A DNA stretch of 32,000 nucleotides. Origin: Fastidiosibacter lacustris (GTDB lineage Bacteria; Pseudomonadota; Gammaproteobacteria; Francisellales; Francisellaceae). The DNA is taken from the NCBI RefSeq assembly GCF_003428155.1, contig NZ_QLIR01000001.1, positions 90,001-122,000 of the forward strand, read 5' to 3'. The notes below the pieces were generated by a model. The model was not told the origin of the DNA and searched no databases. It worked only from the letters and a program-made list of their open reading frames with translations. The first letter of the stretch is position 1; each line of letters starts with the position of its first letter. The position numbers were made by a program, and so were the translations under genes. This document shows positions 1 through 11,390 of this stretch, one piece after another.

Positions 1-483
1 GTATTAAGCGATGGTAAAATTATCTTAAGTAATGATGGCAATGAGACCAAAAGTTTTGATGTTAAAGATGGCTTAGGTATGGTGTTGTTGCAGAAGTTGG
101 GCATAAAAATAGCTGTTATTACTGGGAAAAGCTCGCAAATTGTACACAATCGCTTAACAGCGTTGGGTGTTCAAGATGTTTATCAAGGGCAAAAAAATAA
201 GGTTACTGCATTTTCAGATTTGCTAGAAAAGTATCATTTGAGCACGGCTGAAGCAGCTTATATGGGTGACGATTTACCTGATTTATCTATTATTGACAAA
301 GTATGTGTGTCTTTTGCACCACATGATGCAGTCCATATAGTAAAAGAAAAGGTAGATTACATTTGTACGCATAGAGGAGGGCACGGTGCAGTAAGAGAAA
401 TATGTGATTTATTCTTACAGGCACATGACAAATATGACAAAGTCATAGCAGATTATATTGTACATGGTGAGGCAAAATTTTAA
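1..483 (+). CDS. kdsC: 3-deoxy-D-manno-octulosonate 8-phosphate phosphatase (KdsC, HAD family), 5' end outside window
   Basis: Frame open from base 1 (VLSDGKIILSNDGNETKSFDVKDGLGMVLLQKLGIKIAVITGKSS...), then YMGDDLPDLSI and TxxGGxGAVREICD motifs typical of KdsC; adjacent to lptC. Confidence 0.93.
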   Translation, partial: VLSDGKIILSNDGNETKSFDVKDGLGMVLLQKLGIKIAVITGKSSQIVHNRLTALGVQDVYQGQKNKVTAFSDLLEKYHLSTAEAAYMGDDLPDLSIIDKVCVSFAPHDAVHIVKEKVDYICTHRGGHGAVREICDLFLQAHDKYDKVIADYIVHGEAKF

Positions 484-1076
484 TGTTTTTCAGTAAACGT
501 GTCTTCTTTAGCACGATTGGTTTATCTGTTGTGGTTGGCTCAAGTGGTTGGCTTGTGGTTAAATCAGCGCAAGAGCAAATCAGTCATGGTGAGTTGCCTG
601 CCCATTTTATTGAGAATACGGCAGAAGGATTACGTTATGAAAAATATGATCAAAAAGGATGGTTGCAGTACAGCCTCTATGCTAAACAAGGTAAACGGTT
701 TTACAATCAAGATGCAGTGCTTAGTGAGGTTAATGCCGAGTTTTTTTCTAAAGATCAAAATGATAAACCTTGGTATATTACGGCAAACAATGCGGATGTA
801 ACGAATAATAATAACAATATTCGCCTATATGGTAACGTCATTATGCAAAGACAAGCAAATGGTAACAGTTCACCTGCGATTAAAATAACAACAGAAATGA
901 TTGATTATGACAATAATAAAGATGACTTAAATACAGATAAGTTAGTTACCTTTACTGAACCAGGGACCCCCAATAACACAGTAGGTTTAGGTTTAAGTGG
1001 CGCTCCTAAAAAGGGTAATTTTACATTATTGAAAAACGTGAGAAGTTATTATGCAGGACAAAATGCTAAGAATTAA
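483..1076 (+). CDS. lptC: LPS export ABC transporter periplasmic protein LptC
   Basis: Single N-terminal hydrophobic segment, LptC-like length and LRYEKYDQKGWLQYSLYAKQ...YNQDAVLSEVNAEFF; located between kdsC and lptA. Confidence 0.88.
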   Translation: MFFSKRVFFSTIGLSVVVGSSGWLVVKSAQEQISHGELPAHFIENTAEGLRYEKYDQKGWLQYSLYAKQGKRFYNQDAVLSEVNAEFFSKDQNDKPWYITANNADVTNNNNNIRLYGNVIMQRQANGNSSPAIKITTEMIDYDNNKDDLNTDKLVTFTEPGTPNNTVGLGLSGAPKKGNFTLLKNVRSYYAGQNAKN

Positions 1077-1800
1077 ATCATTGTTAATCATATTAAGTAT
1101 GGGGAGTTTCTTAGGTTTAGGTACGACTTACGCAGCACAAGAACGTACAATGGATGCAGCTAGCATGTTTGGTAAAGACGCAACAAATGATGGTCCCATT
1201 ACCATTTGTAGTGATAGCTTATCGTATAGCCAAACTGCACATAAAATGATTTATCAAGGTAATGTGCTGGTAATGCAAACAAAAGATGCCACCATCCAAT
1301 GTAGTGCCTATAGTGTCCCTGGAGATAAACAAAATGTACCTTCTTATCAGTTTCCAGTACAAGTGAATGACTATCTACAATCCCAAAAACAAGCACTTGA
1401 AATGGCAAAGCAAATTTGCCAAAAGCAAAAAGGGTGCAGATTCTTGACAGGTCAAACGTTAACCATATCGTTTGATCAACAAAACAATCAACTAACCGAT
1501 ATATTGCTGACAACAAATACCCCTTATACGGCAAAATTTTACTCATTACCTTTTCCTAAGGGAGGTGAGAAAACACAACCTCAGTCCGATCAGCAAACCA
1601 TGTATGCTGAAGGGCGTAAGATGAATTTTAATTTACAGACCAGTATATTAACGATTGAAAAAGAGGCTTACGTTGATCGAGCAGGGAATCGTTTTTCTGG
1701 TGATAAGGTGCTATACGACACTAAGAGTGGATTGGTTACCGTGCCAGACACTGGACAAAGGGCAACGGTTATTTTAAATAATTTAAACACAAAGAATTAG
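1051..1800 (+). CDS. lptA: Lipopolysaccharide transport periplasmic protein LptA; start may be 1063
   Basis: Signal peptide (MLRIKSLLIILSMGSFLGLGTTYA), OstA-like repeats (GNVLVMQTKDATIQCSAY, YVDRAGNRFSGDKVLYDTKSGLVTV); overlaps lptC end. Confidence 0.87.
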   Translation: MQDKMLRIKSLLIILSMGSFLGLGTTYAAQERTMDAASMFGKDATNDGPITICSDSLSYSQTAHKMIYQGNVLVMQTKDATIQCSAYSVPGDKQNVPSYQFPVQVNDYLQSQKQALEMAKQICQKQKGCRFLTGQTLTISFDQQNNQLTDILLTTNTPYTAKFYSLPFPKGGEKTQPQSDQQTMYAEGRKMNFNLQTSILTIEKEAYVDRAGNRFSGDKVLYDTKSGLVTVPDTGQRATVILNNLNTKN

Positions 1801-1809
1801 CTCGAAAAA

Positions 1810-2550
1810 ATGACAGATACGAATAGACATAAACTTGTTGCAACACATTTGGGTAAAGCCTATCGTTCCCGATGGGTTGTCGTTGATGTGTCCATGGAAG
1901 TCAATAGTGGTGAAATTGTAGGACTCTTAGGACCAAATGGTGCTGGGAAAACGACTTCTTTCTATATGATTGTGGGTCTTGTTCGCCCCAACCGTGGTAC
2001 GGTAATATTGGATGCTCAGGATATCACTAAGCTTCCTATTCATTGGCGTGCACGTCAAGGCATTGGTTATTTGCCGCAAGAAGCATCTGTTTTCAGGAAG
2101 CTTAGTGTTGAGAATAATGTTATGGCGATTTTAGAAACGCGCAAAGAACTTTCAAAAGAACAGCGTAAAGATGAGTTAGAATCGTTGTTGGATGAATTTA
2201 GCATTCAGCACATTCGTGCAAATTTGGGCATGAGTTTATCAGGTGGGGAGAGAAGGCGTGTAGAAATTGCCAGAGCACTTGCAATGTCGCCGCGATTTAT
2301 TCTCTTAGATGAGCCATTTGCTGGTGTCGATCCGATTTCAGTAATTGATATTAAAAAAATTATCACTCACCTTAAAAATCGTGGCATTGGTGTTCTTATT
2401 ACTGACCATAACGTGCGTGAAACGTTAGATATTTGTGAACGTGCCTATATTGTAAATGCTGGTAAAATGATTGCCTCTGGTAAGCCAAGTGAGATCTTAA
2501 GTAATGATCAAGTTAGAAAAGTTTACCTAGGTGAGCAGTTTAGAATGTAA
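1810..2550 (+). CDS. lptB: LPS export ABC transporter ATP-binding protein LptB
   Basis: Walker [10 protein letters not shown], signature [15 protein letters not shown], Walker [24 protein letters not shown]; typical LptB. Confidence 0.97.
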   Translation: MTDTNRHKLVATHLGKAYRSRWVVVDVSMEVNSGEIVGLLGPNGAGKTTSFYMIVGLVRPNRGTVILDAQDITKLPIHWRARQGIGYLPQEASVFRKLSVENNVMAILETRKELSKEQRKDELESLLDEFSIQHIRANLGMSLSGGERRRVEIARALAMSPRFILLDEPFAGVDPISVIDIKKIITHLKNRGIGVLITDHNVRETLDICERAYIVNAGKMIASGKPSEILSNDQVRKVYLGEQFRM

Positions 2551-2638
2551 GATTTAGCTCATATTTTATTTACATTTTTTACAAAACTATAAGGCAGTTT
2601 TCAAACTTTTTGGTTTTTACGAATCCAAAAACAGCTTA

Positions 2639-3514
2639 TTATGTAGGTGAAACAATACCCAATAAGCGATCGCTTTCGTGGTAAGCCTTATTGCTAAATT
2701 CACCCATCCAGTTTTTTACTTCATTAAAGTGATTCACAAACTGTTCTTTCCCATCATCGTTTTTTAAGTAACTAGCTTGCTCGGTAATCAATTTGGCATA
2801 TTCAGCAATCATATCGAGGCGTTTGTTGTCTGAGACAATAATATTGGCATAAAGGTGAGGATCTTGATTGAATAACCTACCAATAATATTAAGCTCCATT
2901 CTATAAACAGGACTTGAGAGTGAGCGTAATTCTATCAAATCGATATTATGCTTTTTAAGGAATAGACCCATGCAAAAAACAGAGAAATGTTCAATTCCTT
3001 GAATAAAGGTCATGGCATCATCATGTGCCCTGGCACTCATCTGTTTAAGTGTGAAATCTAGATGAATTAAATCATCAATAAACCATTGATAAGCTTCATG
3101 ATGGCGACCATGACAATAGATGATGACTCGTTTAGCTGCTTTGTTAATTGTAGGACCAAAAATTGGATGTAAGCCAACAACTGGACCTCTGTGAGCAGTA
3201 AGCATTATATTTAAGGGCTCTTCTTTAATGCTGGTGAGATCTGCCAAAATAGTATATTCGTTTAAATAAGTACTTACTTTTTGAATGACGGTAGATGTAA
3301 CAGCAATAGGGGTAGAGATTAGCACAATATCCTGGTTGTTTAGCTTATGTTTAGGACTATCCCAATCCTGTTCACCAAATAAGCTAATTTCATAGTGTGG
3401 TAAAGTTTGTAAGAATCGCATAAGTAATTGTCCCATTGCCCCATAACCGCCGATGATACATATCTTTCGCGTGGAGTTAGGTTTTTTATTTTGCATACGA
3501 TAAACCATGTTCAT
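2639..3514 (-). CDS. tyrA: Prephenate dehydrogenase domain protein (T-protein-like, no chorismate mutase domain)
   Basis: Rossmann ICIIGGYGAMGQLLMRFL, VLISTPIAVT, LTSIKE, VVGLHPIFGP, QGIEHFSVF motifs. Start may lie slightly downstream. Confidence 0.82.
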   Translation of the reverse strand: MNMVYRMQNKKPNSTRKICIIGGYGAMGQLLMRFLQTLPHYEISLFGEQDWDSPKHKLNNQDIVLISTPIAVTSTVIQKVSTYLNEYTILADLTSIKEEPLNIMLTAHRGPVVGLHPIFGPTINKAAKRVIIYCHGRHHEAYQWFIDDLIHLDFTLKQMSARAHDDAMTFIQGIEHFSVFCMGLFLKKHNIDLIELRSLSSPVYRMELNIIGRLFNQDPHLYANIIVSDNKRLDMIAEYAKLITEQASYLKNDDGKEQFVNHFNEVKNWMGEFSNKAYHESDRLLGIVSPT

Positions 3515-3516
3515 GT

Positions 3517-3954
3517 TTATACCTTAAGCCATAATGTCACAGGACCATCATTTATGAGTGTCACTTGCATATTTGCACCAAATTGACCTTGTTGAATTTG
3601 ATCATATTGTTGCTGTAAAAACGCGCAAAAAAATTCAAATTTTTGTTTGGCCAGTTGAGGGGGACATGCATTTGAAAAACTAGGGCGCAAACCTCGATCA
3701 GTATTGGCGACTAAAGTAAACTGTGGTACCAGTAATAGACCACCTTTAATGTCGATTAGGCTTTTATTCATTTTGCCATTTTCATCTTCAAAAATACGTT
3801 GTTTTAAAAGTTTATGTGCCATTTTTTCAAAATGCGTGATATTGTCTTTATCTTCTACACAAATGAATGCTAATATCCCTGTGAGAATACGAGCAATAGT
3901 GTTGCTGTTGATATCTACCTGAGCATCTGTCACGCGTTGGATGAGTGCAAGCAT
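3517..3954 (-). CDS. dtd: D-aminoacyl-tRNA deacylase
   Basis: MLALIQRVTDAQVDI, LLVPQFTLVANTDRGLRPSFSNACPP, FGANMQVTLINDGPVTLWL: canonical Dtd motifs. Confidence 0.95.
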   Translation of the reverse strand: MLALIQRVTDAQVDINSNTIARILTGILAFICVEDKDNITHFEKMAHKLLKQRIFEDENGKMNKSLIDIKGGLLLVPQFTLVANTDRGLRPSFSNACPPQLAKQKFEFFCAFLQQQYDQIQQGQFGANMQVTLINDGPVTLWLKV

Positions 3955-4310
3955 AATGTTGAGAGTGTATTTATTTTATGAACGTTAGCATAACGATTAA
4001 ATCGTTTTATGTCATCAGCAATCAGAACCAAAAAATTATCATGTACATAGTCTTAGAAGAGAAAAATAATGGTTTTATAGCATGTTAGAGCTTAAAATGT
4101 ATGGATGAACATGTTAGTAATGTAGAGCAATATATCAAACTATAAGCAAATTAGAAAATTGTTATAGTTATGGATAGAACTTACAAAATCAAAAATTTTA
4201 ACTATAGCCTGTAATAAGGTTTAGTCGCAAACTCAAGTCAAGAGGTCGTAAAATTTATAGATGCAGGTGATGATTGAAAGCCTTGTCTAAAAAATTTAGG
4301 AAACTTCGAA

Positions 4311-6014
4311 ATGGTGAAAAATAGTGCATATTTTGATTATATAATTGTTGGTGCAGGTTCTGCAGGATGTGTTCTTGCCATGCGATTAAGCATTGAGCCA
4401 TCGATAAAGGTGTTGTTGATTGAATATGGAGGTAAAAATAAAAGCTTGTTGATTGACATGCCTTCCGCTTTATTTTATCTGCCAAATATGTCCAAATATA
4501 ATTGGGGGTTTTCCTCAGTAAGTGAGCCATATTTAAATGGTCGAACCATTAATTGCCCACAGGGAAAGGGTCTAGGGGGATCATCGGCTATCAATGGGAT
4601 GGTTTACGTTCGAGGTCATGCTCGCGATTTTGATGAATGGGAACAGTTAGGTGCTTCCAACTGGAGTTATGCCAACTGCTTACCTTATTTTCGTCGTGCT
4701 GAGAATTGGTTTGGTCAAAGTGATTTATATAGAGGGAAAGAAGGTCCCCTACATGTTAATATGGGCAATAATATGCTGAAGAATCCTATGTATCAAGCTT
4801 TTATCCAAGCTGGAATTGAGGCTGGATATTCATACACCACGGACTACAATGGGTATAAACAAGAAGGTTTTTCTCCTATGCAAATGACGGTAAAAAAGGG
4901 GGTTCGCAACTCTACTGCCAAAGCTTATTTAAATCCTGTGATAAAACGTAAAAATTTAACAGTAATTAAAAATGCTCTCGTCGATAAGGTATTGATTGAA
5001 AACGGTTCCGCTACTGGTGTGCAATTTTATCATTATGACAGAATAATCTGTTGTTTAGCAAAAAAAGAAGTCATTTTAAGCGCAGGTCCGATCAATTCCC
5101 CTGCAATTTTGCAAAGATCTGGAATTGGTGACAAAAATATACTTGCTGCTGCGAATGTCAAGCTGGTTCATGGACTTCCTGGCGTTGGGAAAAATTTGCA
5201 AGATCATTTAGAAGTATATTTTCAATATCAATGCTTAAGGTCGATTACTCTTAATGCAAAATTAGATAGGATTAGCAAACTAATGATTGGTGCACAATGG
5301 CTACTTTTTAAAAGTGGACTTGGAGCAACCAATCATTTTGAATCTTGCGCTTTTATACGGTCGCGGTCAGGGCTAATAGCGCCAGACATTCAGTATCATT
5401 TTTTGCCAGCAGCTATCCGCTATGATGGAAAAAAAGCCTTTAATGACCACGGTTTTCAAGTGCATGTTGGACCAAACAAACCAAAAAGTAGAGGTCAGGT
5501 TGCTATAAAATCGAGTAACCCCAAAGTCCCACCAAAAATTCTCTTTAACTACTTACAGCACGAAGATGATATTAAGGATTGGCGCGCTTGCATTCGTTTA
5601 ACTCATGAAATTATGATGCAGCCAGCTATGGACAATTATAGAGGAGATGTCATACAGCCAAGTATTGATTTGTCGTTGAATAAAGAAATCGATCAATGGG
5701 TACAACAAAATGTTGAAAGTGCCTATCACCTATGTGGTACTTGCAAAATGGGGAAACACACGGATGAACTAACTGTTGTCGATCCAGATTGTAAAGTGAT
5801 AGGTATAAAGCGATTGCGTGTTGTAGATTCTTCAATTTTTCCAACGTTAACAAATGGCAATTTAAATGCGCCAACGATCATGGTAGCTGAGAAAGCAGCC
5901 GACCTTATTCTTGGCAAGAAACAGTTGGGACAAGTGAATGCGGCTGTTTGGTATGCTCAAGACTGGGAGTTACAACAACGTGAGAACACACCTGTTAGAC
6001 CATTCATATATTAG
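4311..6014 (+). CDS. GMC family FAD-dependent oxidoreductase (choline/alcohol dehydrogenase-like)
   Basis: [69 protein letters not shown] and [30 protein letters not shown]. Confidence 0.93.
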   Translation: MVKNSAYFDYIIVGAGSAGCVLAMRLSIEPSIKVLLIEYGGKNKSLLIDMPSALFYLPNMSKYNWGFSSVSEPYLNGRTINCPQGKGLGGSSAINGMVYVRGHARDFDEWEQLGASNWSYANCLPYFRRAENWFGQSDLYRGKEGPLHVNMGNNMLKNPMYQAFIQAGIEAGYSYTTDYNGYKQEGFSPMQMTVKKGVRNSTAKAYLNPVIKRKNLTVIKNALVDKVLIENGSATGVQFYHYDRIICCLAKKEVILSAGPINSPAILQRSGIGDKNILAAANVKLVHGLPGVGKNLQDHLEVYFQYQCLRSITLNAKLDRISKLMIGAQWLLFKSGLGATNHFESCAFIRSRSGLIAPDIQYHFLPAAIRYDGKKAFNDHGFQVHVGPNKPKSRGQVAIKSSNPKVPPKILFNYLQHEDDIKDWRACIRLTHEIMMQPAMDNYRGDVIQPSIDLSLNKEIDQWVQQNVESAYHLCGTCKMGKHTDELTVVDPDCKVIGIKRLRVVDSSIFPTLTNGNLNAPTIMVAEKAADLILGKKQLGQVNAAVWYAQDWELQQRENTPVRPFIY

Positions 6015-6398
6015 GTAATATTTTTTTATGAGTTTCAAAAGCTTATTCAACAAAGCTTACTTAATATGAAGCATGAGTGACAAAGGTTGTTGTTATGATA
6101 ATATTGCTTGTGAAAGCTTTTTTGGCATATTAAAAAAGTTGAGTTGATGCATAATGAAAACTACAAAACAAGAGAGTAAGCTAAAACATCAATATTTAAA
6201 TATATAGATGCTTATTACAAAACAAAAAGAAAGCATTTAACGATAAATTACATGACTCCAAAACAGTTTGAAGATATCGAAAATTCAAAAGTGTCCCAAA
6301 TTCATGGGTTAGATCAAAATTTCCTTTATTGCTATTGGTCATAATTAATATTATATGGTATTCTTAGCACAAATTTTTTCTTAGTTATATTTAGGTTA

Positions 6399-6926
6399 AT
6401 GATAAACACCTGGAAAACAAAACAAGACTTGGAGCTTGATCCTAATCTTGAATATTGGCTCTTTAGTGTTAAAAGGCTAGGATCCACCTTGGCACACTAT
6501 GCACCATTCTTAGAGTTAAGCTGTATTAATGAATATGATGGCAAAATCGATGATGATGAGCTTTTACTCCTGAATCAACACGATAAAAATTGTCGTATTC
6601 GCTTAATCAAACATCATCGAAATAATGAAGTTCTTGTTTTTGGGCGTACCGTCATACCGAAAGAAACCTACCTTAGTTATCAAAACCTATTTGATACACT
6701 AGGTAATAACTCAATTGGTGAGCATTTTTTATTTCGTGAATCCAATATCAAACGCAGTGATTTCTATGCTTGGTATTGTCCAGCTGATATTGTTAAACAC
6801 AAGCTCCAATTGCCAACGAATACTATTGATACGCCATTATGGGTACGAGCTTCAATTTTTGAGCTCCCCAATAAGCAAAAACTTCTGATCGAAGAGTTTT
6901 TTATTGAGCTTTTTAAGCTCAATTAG
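6399..6926 (+). CDS. ubiC: Chorismate lyase
   Basis: GSTLAHYAPFLELSC, VLVFGRTVIPKETY, LGNNSIGEHFLF, LWVRASIFEL; immediately upstream of ubiA. Confidence 0.85.
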   Translation: MINTWKTKQDLELDPNLEYWLFSVKRLGSTLAHYAPFLELSCINEYDGKIDDDELLLLNQHDKNCRIRLIKHHRNNEVLVFGRTVIPKETYLSYQNLFDTLGNNSIGEHFLFRESNIKRSDFYAWYCPADIVKHKLQLPTNTIDTPLWVRASIFELPNKQKLLIEEFFIELFKLN

Positions 6927-6935
6927 GGTAAGTAA

Positions 6936-7769
6936 ATGAAGGCTTATTTTTATTTAATGCGATTTCATCGTCCTCTTCCAATCCTGATTATTTTATACCC
7001 CACCTTATGGGGTTTATTTTCTGTTACTCATGGGTTACCTCCGCTTAAACTTATTGTTATTTTTATACTAGGAGCCATTACAATGCGAACTGCTGGTTGT
7101 GTTTTTAATGATATTGCTGATCGCAATTTTGATGGTGCAGTTGAGCGTACTGCTATGCGTCCAATTGCAACAGGTCTAATTTCTGTTAAGCGTGCTTCTT
7201 TTCTTGGTTTGTTTTTATTGATCTTTGCTTTTGTTTTAGTTTTACAACTTAATTTTCTAACCATTTTACTTTCTTTTGTTGCCGTTGCACTTGCCTTAAC
7301 CTATCCCTTGTTTAAACGATTTTTTGCCTTACCACAACTTGCCCTGGGATTTGCTTTTAACTTTGGCATTATCATGACCTATACGGCTGTTCAAAATAGT
7401 ATTCCTCCCACTGCTTGGCTTTTATACTTTGCCTCTATTTTTTGGACAATTGCTTACGACACAATGTATGCGTTTGCTGATAAGACTTACGACCTTGCAC
7501 TTAATTTAAAATCCTCAGCCATTACCTTTGGTAAACATAATCTAATGGCTGTCATTCTGGCTCAACTTTTAATGCTCATATGTCTAAGCCTATTTAGCTA
7601 TTTCAACGACTTTAATATATTGTTTTACTTAGCATTAGTAATTGTGATGATATTATTTTTTTATCAACACCAAACTTGGCACAAAGGTGGCATCCATAAT
7701 TGTATAAAAGCCTTTTCTGATAATCATTGGGTTGGGATGATTATTTTTATCGCAATTCTAATCCAATAA
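6936..7769 (+). CDS. ubiA: 4-hydroxybenzoate octaprenyltransferase
   Basis: RFHRPLPILIILYPTLWGLF, AGCVFNDIADRNFDGAVERTAMRPIATG, IAYDTMYAFADKTYDLALNLKSSAITFG; multi-TM. Confidence 0.95.
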   Translation: MKAYFYLMRFHRPLPILIILYPTLWGLFSVTHGLPPLKLIVIFILGAITMRTAGCVFNDIADRNFDGAVERTAMRPIATGLISVKRASFLGLFLLIFAFVLVLQLNFLTILLSFVAVALALTYPLFKRFFALPQLALGFAFNFGIIMTYTAVQNSIPPTAWLLYFASIFWTIAYDTMYAFADKTYDLALNLKSSAITFGKHNLMAVILAQLLMLICLSLFSYFNDFNILFYLALVIVMILFFYQHQTWHKGGIHNCIKAFSDNHWVGMIIFIAILIQ

Positions 7770-7836
7770 CTCCTATTTTTCAGTTTAAGACGCTATACTA
7801 AATAGCTAATAAGGCACCAAAACAGGACGTTAATAT

Positions 7837-9096
7837 GTGATGTGCAAACTCAGTGTATTAATTACAATGCTTATAAGTACTCCAGCAATTACATGCACCG
7901 ATATATTTATTAATAAAGAACCTTATCACATCACTGCACGCACGCTTGATTTTCCACTTAAACTTTATGCTAAGAATTTCAATGCCTACAGTTGGTATCA
8001 AAAAATTTTTCAAACCGATATCAATTTAACAAAAATTATTCACCGTGCTTTTAGCTATTATAAAGGTTATATTGATGTTGAAAATACGACGAATATCATT
8101 GTTAACATCGATAATATTCCCAAGGACAAATTAGCTTATTGGTATAATAAATATGGCTACTTTGGTCGACTTGGTTTTATTGGCAATACATTGACAGATG
8201 GTATCAATACTCAAGGTGTTGCTGTTTCTGCACTTTACTTACCAGGTAGCATACAACCCAAATACAATCCGAATGACAAACGCCCTGCATTGGGCATTTA
8301 TGATCTGTCTAACTTTGTTTTAGGTATGGCAGATTCAACTGCTGAAGCTTTAACCCTTATTCGTCACTATCAATTAGTAGAGTCTGCAATGTTAGCCATA
8401 AATGGTTTATATATTAAAGATATACCATTACATATGGTTATTCGTGATAAAACAGGGCACAGTGCAGTCATTGAGTTTTTAGATGGTAAAACAATGGTCT
8501 ATGATCATGCCCAGAATGTGCTAACAAATGCTCCTGACTATGAATGGCACCTCAAACATCTTGAACATTATCAAAGCTTAAATGATCAAGGAGATCAGCA
8601 AAACAATATATTTGCACAATACATTCCACAATACCGTACTATTTTTGAAAATGCTCAACCTGAAGATGCAGGACTTCTCGGCTTACCAGGAGACTACACT
8701 TCTGCTTCACGCTTTGTGCGAGCTACAACTCTAATCAACCAATTACCTATACCTAAAAACAGTAATGACGCGCTCTATCATGCTGATGCTATCCTTGCAA
8801 CCATTACTGTTCCCTATTACGAAGCAACCGCAACGTTATGGCAATCTATTAAAGATCTAGATCACACACTCATATACTATCGAGATATTTTGTACTATGA
8901 AGGTGATGAAATTAAACCGAATACACTTAATAACGGTTTTGTTGAATACGATTTAAAATCGATGAGTTTTATTGCTCAAACTGCTGAAGAAAAAAACAGT
9001 GGGATCACACCTACCGATAAGCAGGATATATTAGGTGTATTATCAATCAACGCTATCCCATATTTAAATAATGCTAAAAATCTTGGATTTAATTAA
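7837..9096 (+). CDS. Secreted choloylglycine hydrolase / penicillin V acylase family Ntn hydrolase (linear amide C-N hydrolase)
   Basis: Signal peptide followed by C-T-D-I-F-I (predicted Cys nucleophile), [71 protein letters not shown]. Confidence 0.88.
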   Translation: MMCKLSVLITMLISTPAITCTDIFINKEPYHITARTLDFPLKLYAKNFNAYSWYQKIFQTDINLTKIIHRAFSYYKGYIDVENTTNIIVNIDNIPKDKLAYWYNKYGYFGRLGFIGNTLTDGINTQGVAVSALYLPGSIQPKYNPNDKRPALGIYDLSNFVLGMADSTAEALTLIRHYQLVESAMLAINGLYIKDIPLHMVIRDKTGHSAVIEFLDGKTMVYDHAQNVLTNAPDYEWHLKHLEHYQSLNDQGDQQNNIFAQYIPQYRTIFENAQPEDAGLLGLPGDYTSASRFVRATTLINQLPIPKNSNDALYHADAILATITVPYYEATATLWQSIKDLDHTLIYYRDILYYEGDEIKPNTLNNGFVEYDLKSMSFIAQTAEEKNSGITPTDKQDILGVLSINAIPYLNNAKNLGFN

Positions 9097-9685
9097 CTGA
9101 TTTTGCAAATTGCTTAGCAACAAAGTCCCAATTAATAATTTTCCAAAACTCATCTACATACTTAGGACGTGCGTTACGATAATCAATATAATACGCATGC
9201 TCCCAAACATCACAGGTTAAAATTGGAACGTGACCTTCTGTTAATGGACAACCTGCATTACTTGTGCTTACAAGTTCAAGCTCACCAGCTTTAGTTTTAA
9301 CTAACCACGCCCATCCAGAGCCAAAAGTAGTAATTGCTGTTTTGTTAAATGCTTCTTTAAATCCATCAAAGCTGCCAAATTTCTTCTCAATTGCAGTAAG
9401 TAATTTACCTTCTGGCTTTGCTTTAGCATTAGGTGTCAAACAGTTCCAATAAAACGTATGATTCCAGATCTGCGCTGCATTATTAAATACAGCACCTTTT
9501 GAGCTTACTATAATCTCTTCTAATGATTTATTCACCAATGCCTTATGTTCGTCTGTGGTAAGTAAGTTATTTAAATTAGTTACATATGCTTGATGGTGTT
9601 TACCATAATGATATTCAATTGTTTCTTCTGAAATGATAGGTGCTAATGCATTTTTTTTATAAGGTAACGTTGGTAATTCAAACAT
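9089..9685 (-). CDS. sodB: Superoxide dismutase, Fe/Mn family (Fe type likely)
   Basis: [89 protein letters not shown]. Confidence 0.96.
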   Translation of the reverse strand: MFELPTLPYKKNALAPIISEETIEYHYGKHHQAYVTNLNNLLTTDEHKALVNKSLEEIIVSSKGAVFNNAAQIWNHTFYWNCLTPNAKAKPEGKLLTAIEKKFGSFDGFKEAFNKTAITTFGSGWAWLVKTKAGELELVSTSNAGCPLTEGHVPILTCDVWEHAYYIDYRNARPKYVDEFWKIINWDFVAKQFAKSVN

Positions 9686-9794
9686 TTATTGCTCCTTAAG
9701 TTTATTGACCGAAAGTCGGAAAATGATATGATGTACGGGCAATATAATACTAATCTTGTACCTTTTCAAGTTTAGATAACCAAAGGATAGCCAA

Positions 9795-10133
9795 ATGAAT
9801 ACATATCAAGATTTTGATGAACAAAAAGTAATCGAAACTATCAAATCACAAATTACTGAAAACAGTATTTTGTTATATATGAAAGGCACACCTAAAATGC
9901 CTCAATGCGGCTTTTCAGCACACGCTGTCGCTGCAATTCAAGCTTGTGGTAAACCTTTTGCCTTTGTCAATATACTAGAGAATCCAGATATTCGTGCTGT
10001 TTTGCCAAAATATGCCAACTGGCCAACTTTCCCACAATTATATGTCAATGGTGAATTAATTGGCGGTTGTGACATCATTCTAGAAATGCACGAAGCTGGT
10101 GAATTGCAACAAGTACTAAATCAAGCTAAATAA
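9795..10133 (+). CDS. grxD: Monothiol glutaredoxin, Grx4 family
   Basis: ILLYMKGTPKMPQCGFSAHAVAAIQ, NWPTFPQLYVNGELIGGCDIILEMHEAGEL. Confidence 0.94.
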   Translation: MNTYQDFDEQKVIETIKSQITENSILLYMKGTPKMPQCGFSAHAVAAIQACGKPFAFVNILENPDIRAVLPKYANWPTFPQLYVNGELIGGCDIILEMHEAGELQQVLNQAK

Positions 10134-10236
10134 GGTTAGTGTGTTCAAGATACCTATCATAAACTATTAGTTTTATTCAGTCATTTTTCCTACAATCTAT
10201 AACTTATAAAATACATAAAAGATACTTACTCATTAT

Positions 10237-11205
10237 ATGAACGTATATGTTGCAACAAGTTATGACCCTTTTTACAACTTGGCTGTTGAAAATTGGCTTT
10301 TCCGCGAAATGTTAACTGACTCGGCTATTCTGTATTTGTGGCAAAATAAACCCTGTGTTGTGATTGGTCGTGCACAAAATCCATGGCGTGAGTGTAATAT
10401 TGATGCACTTAATGAAGATCACATCCCAATTATTCGCCGTCAAAGTGGTGGCGGCACGGTTTATCATGACTTAGGCAATTTAAATTACACAATTATGGCA
10501 CCTGCCAATCACTATGATAAACACGCAAATTTACAGCTTATTGTGAGTATATTAGCAGCCTTCAACGTTAAGGCATATATCTCTCCACGCAATGATATTT
10601 TTGTCCATCATCACAACCATGACTATAAAATATCGGGTAGTGCTTTTCGCGAAACAAAAGATCGATCGTTTCATCATGGCACTTTATTGATCAATACTGA
10701 CACCTCGAAATTATATCAGTATCTTCATCACAAAATTGATGATGCGCTTATCACAAAAGGCGTATACTCTAAACGCTCAATGGTTATTAACTTAAAGGAG
10801 ATAGATAATAACATATGTCCTAAGCGTATATGTGAAGCTTTCTTAACTCGCTTTAATACCCATATTACATATCTGCCTAATAACTTAAATCAGATGCTTA
10901 TTGCAGAGGAAATGGAAAAATTACACACTTGGGAGTGGCGTTTTGGTAAAACACTTCCTTTTAATCATAGTATGACATTAAATGGTAATCACTTCACACT
11001 TGAGGTTAAAAATGGTCAATTAATCTCAATTAAAACAAGTGATATGCAGTCCTATTCAAATCTCGTCACCTGGGTGAGTCAAGGTAAGCCATCCTATACT
11101 AAACAAAGCTTTAAACCAACATCCAATATGGACTTTACTGCACAAGAGAGACTATTATTACAGTTTCTATACGATAATATACCGACTGTATTCGGAAGCA
11201 TGTAA
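10237..11205 (+). CDS. lplA: Lipoate--protein ligase A
   Basis: YLWQNKPCVVIGRAQNPWRECN, IRRQSGGGTVYHDLGNLNYTIMAP, ISGSAFRETKDRSFHHGTLLINTD. Confidence 0.93.
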   Translation: MNVYVATSYDPFYNLAVENWLFREMLTDSAILYLWQNKPCVVIGRAQNPWRECNIDALNEDHIPIIRRQSGGGTVYHDLGNLNYTIMAPANHYDKHANLQLIVSILAAFNVKAYISPRNDIFVHHHNHDYKISGSAFRETKDRSFHHGTLLINTDTSKLYQYLHHKIDDALITKGVYSKRSMVINLKEIDNNICPKRICEAFLTRFNTHITYLPNNLNQMLIAEEMEKLHTWEWRFGKTLPFNHSMTLNGNHFTLEVKNGQLISIKTSDMQSYSNLVTWVSQGKPSYTKQSFKPTSNMDFTAQERLLLQFLYDNIPTVFGSM

Positions 11206-11366
11206 TGAATTAAATATACATAAGTGATGTAGGCTATTTATTCTCGTGCTTATCCCTTATTTTTCAAAAAGCTATCAAGTGTGTTATACCATTATTTGAT
11301 TTACTTTAAAGGTTATCACTTTCATTTCTTTATGGTGGTTTTTTTATCAAAATGTGCCGTAAAGAA

Positions 11367-11384
11367 CCTTCCTTATAAGGAAGG
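11367..11384. repeat. 18-bp perfect palindrome CCTTCCTTATAAGGAAGG in the prs upstream region
   Basis: Read directly; the right arm supplies the AAGGAAGG(GAG) preceding ATG at 11391. Confidence 0.8.
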
Positions 11385-11390
11385 GAGTGT

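Noticed and set aside
499-801. Plus-strand 100-aa ORF overlapping lptC
   Set aside because: Out-of-frame shadow of lptC; the first residues only reuse the lptC signal-anchor region.
4255-4530. Minus-strand 91-aa ORF overlapping the start of the GMC oxidoreductase
   Set aside because: Antisense to a well-supported CDS, no recognisable motifs; looks like a shadow ORF.
6252-6344. Short frame MTPKQFEDIENSKVSQIHGLDQNFLYCYWS between the GMC oxidoreductase and ubiC
   Set aside because: No convincing Shine-Dalgarno sequence and no promoter-like context; AT-rich spacer likely gives this by chance.
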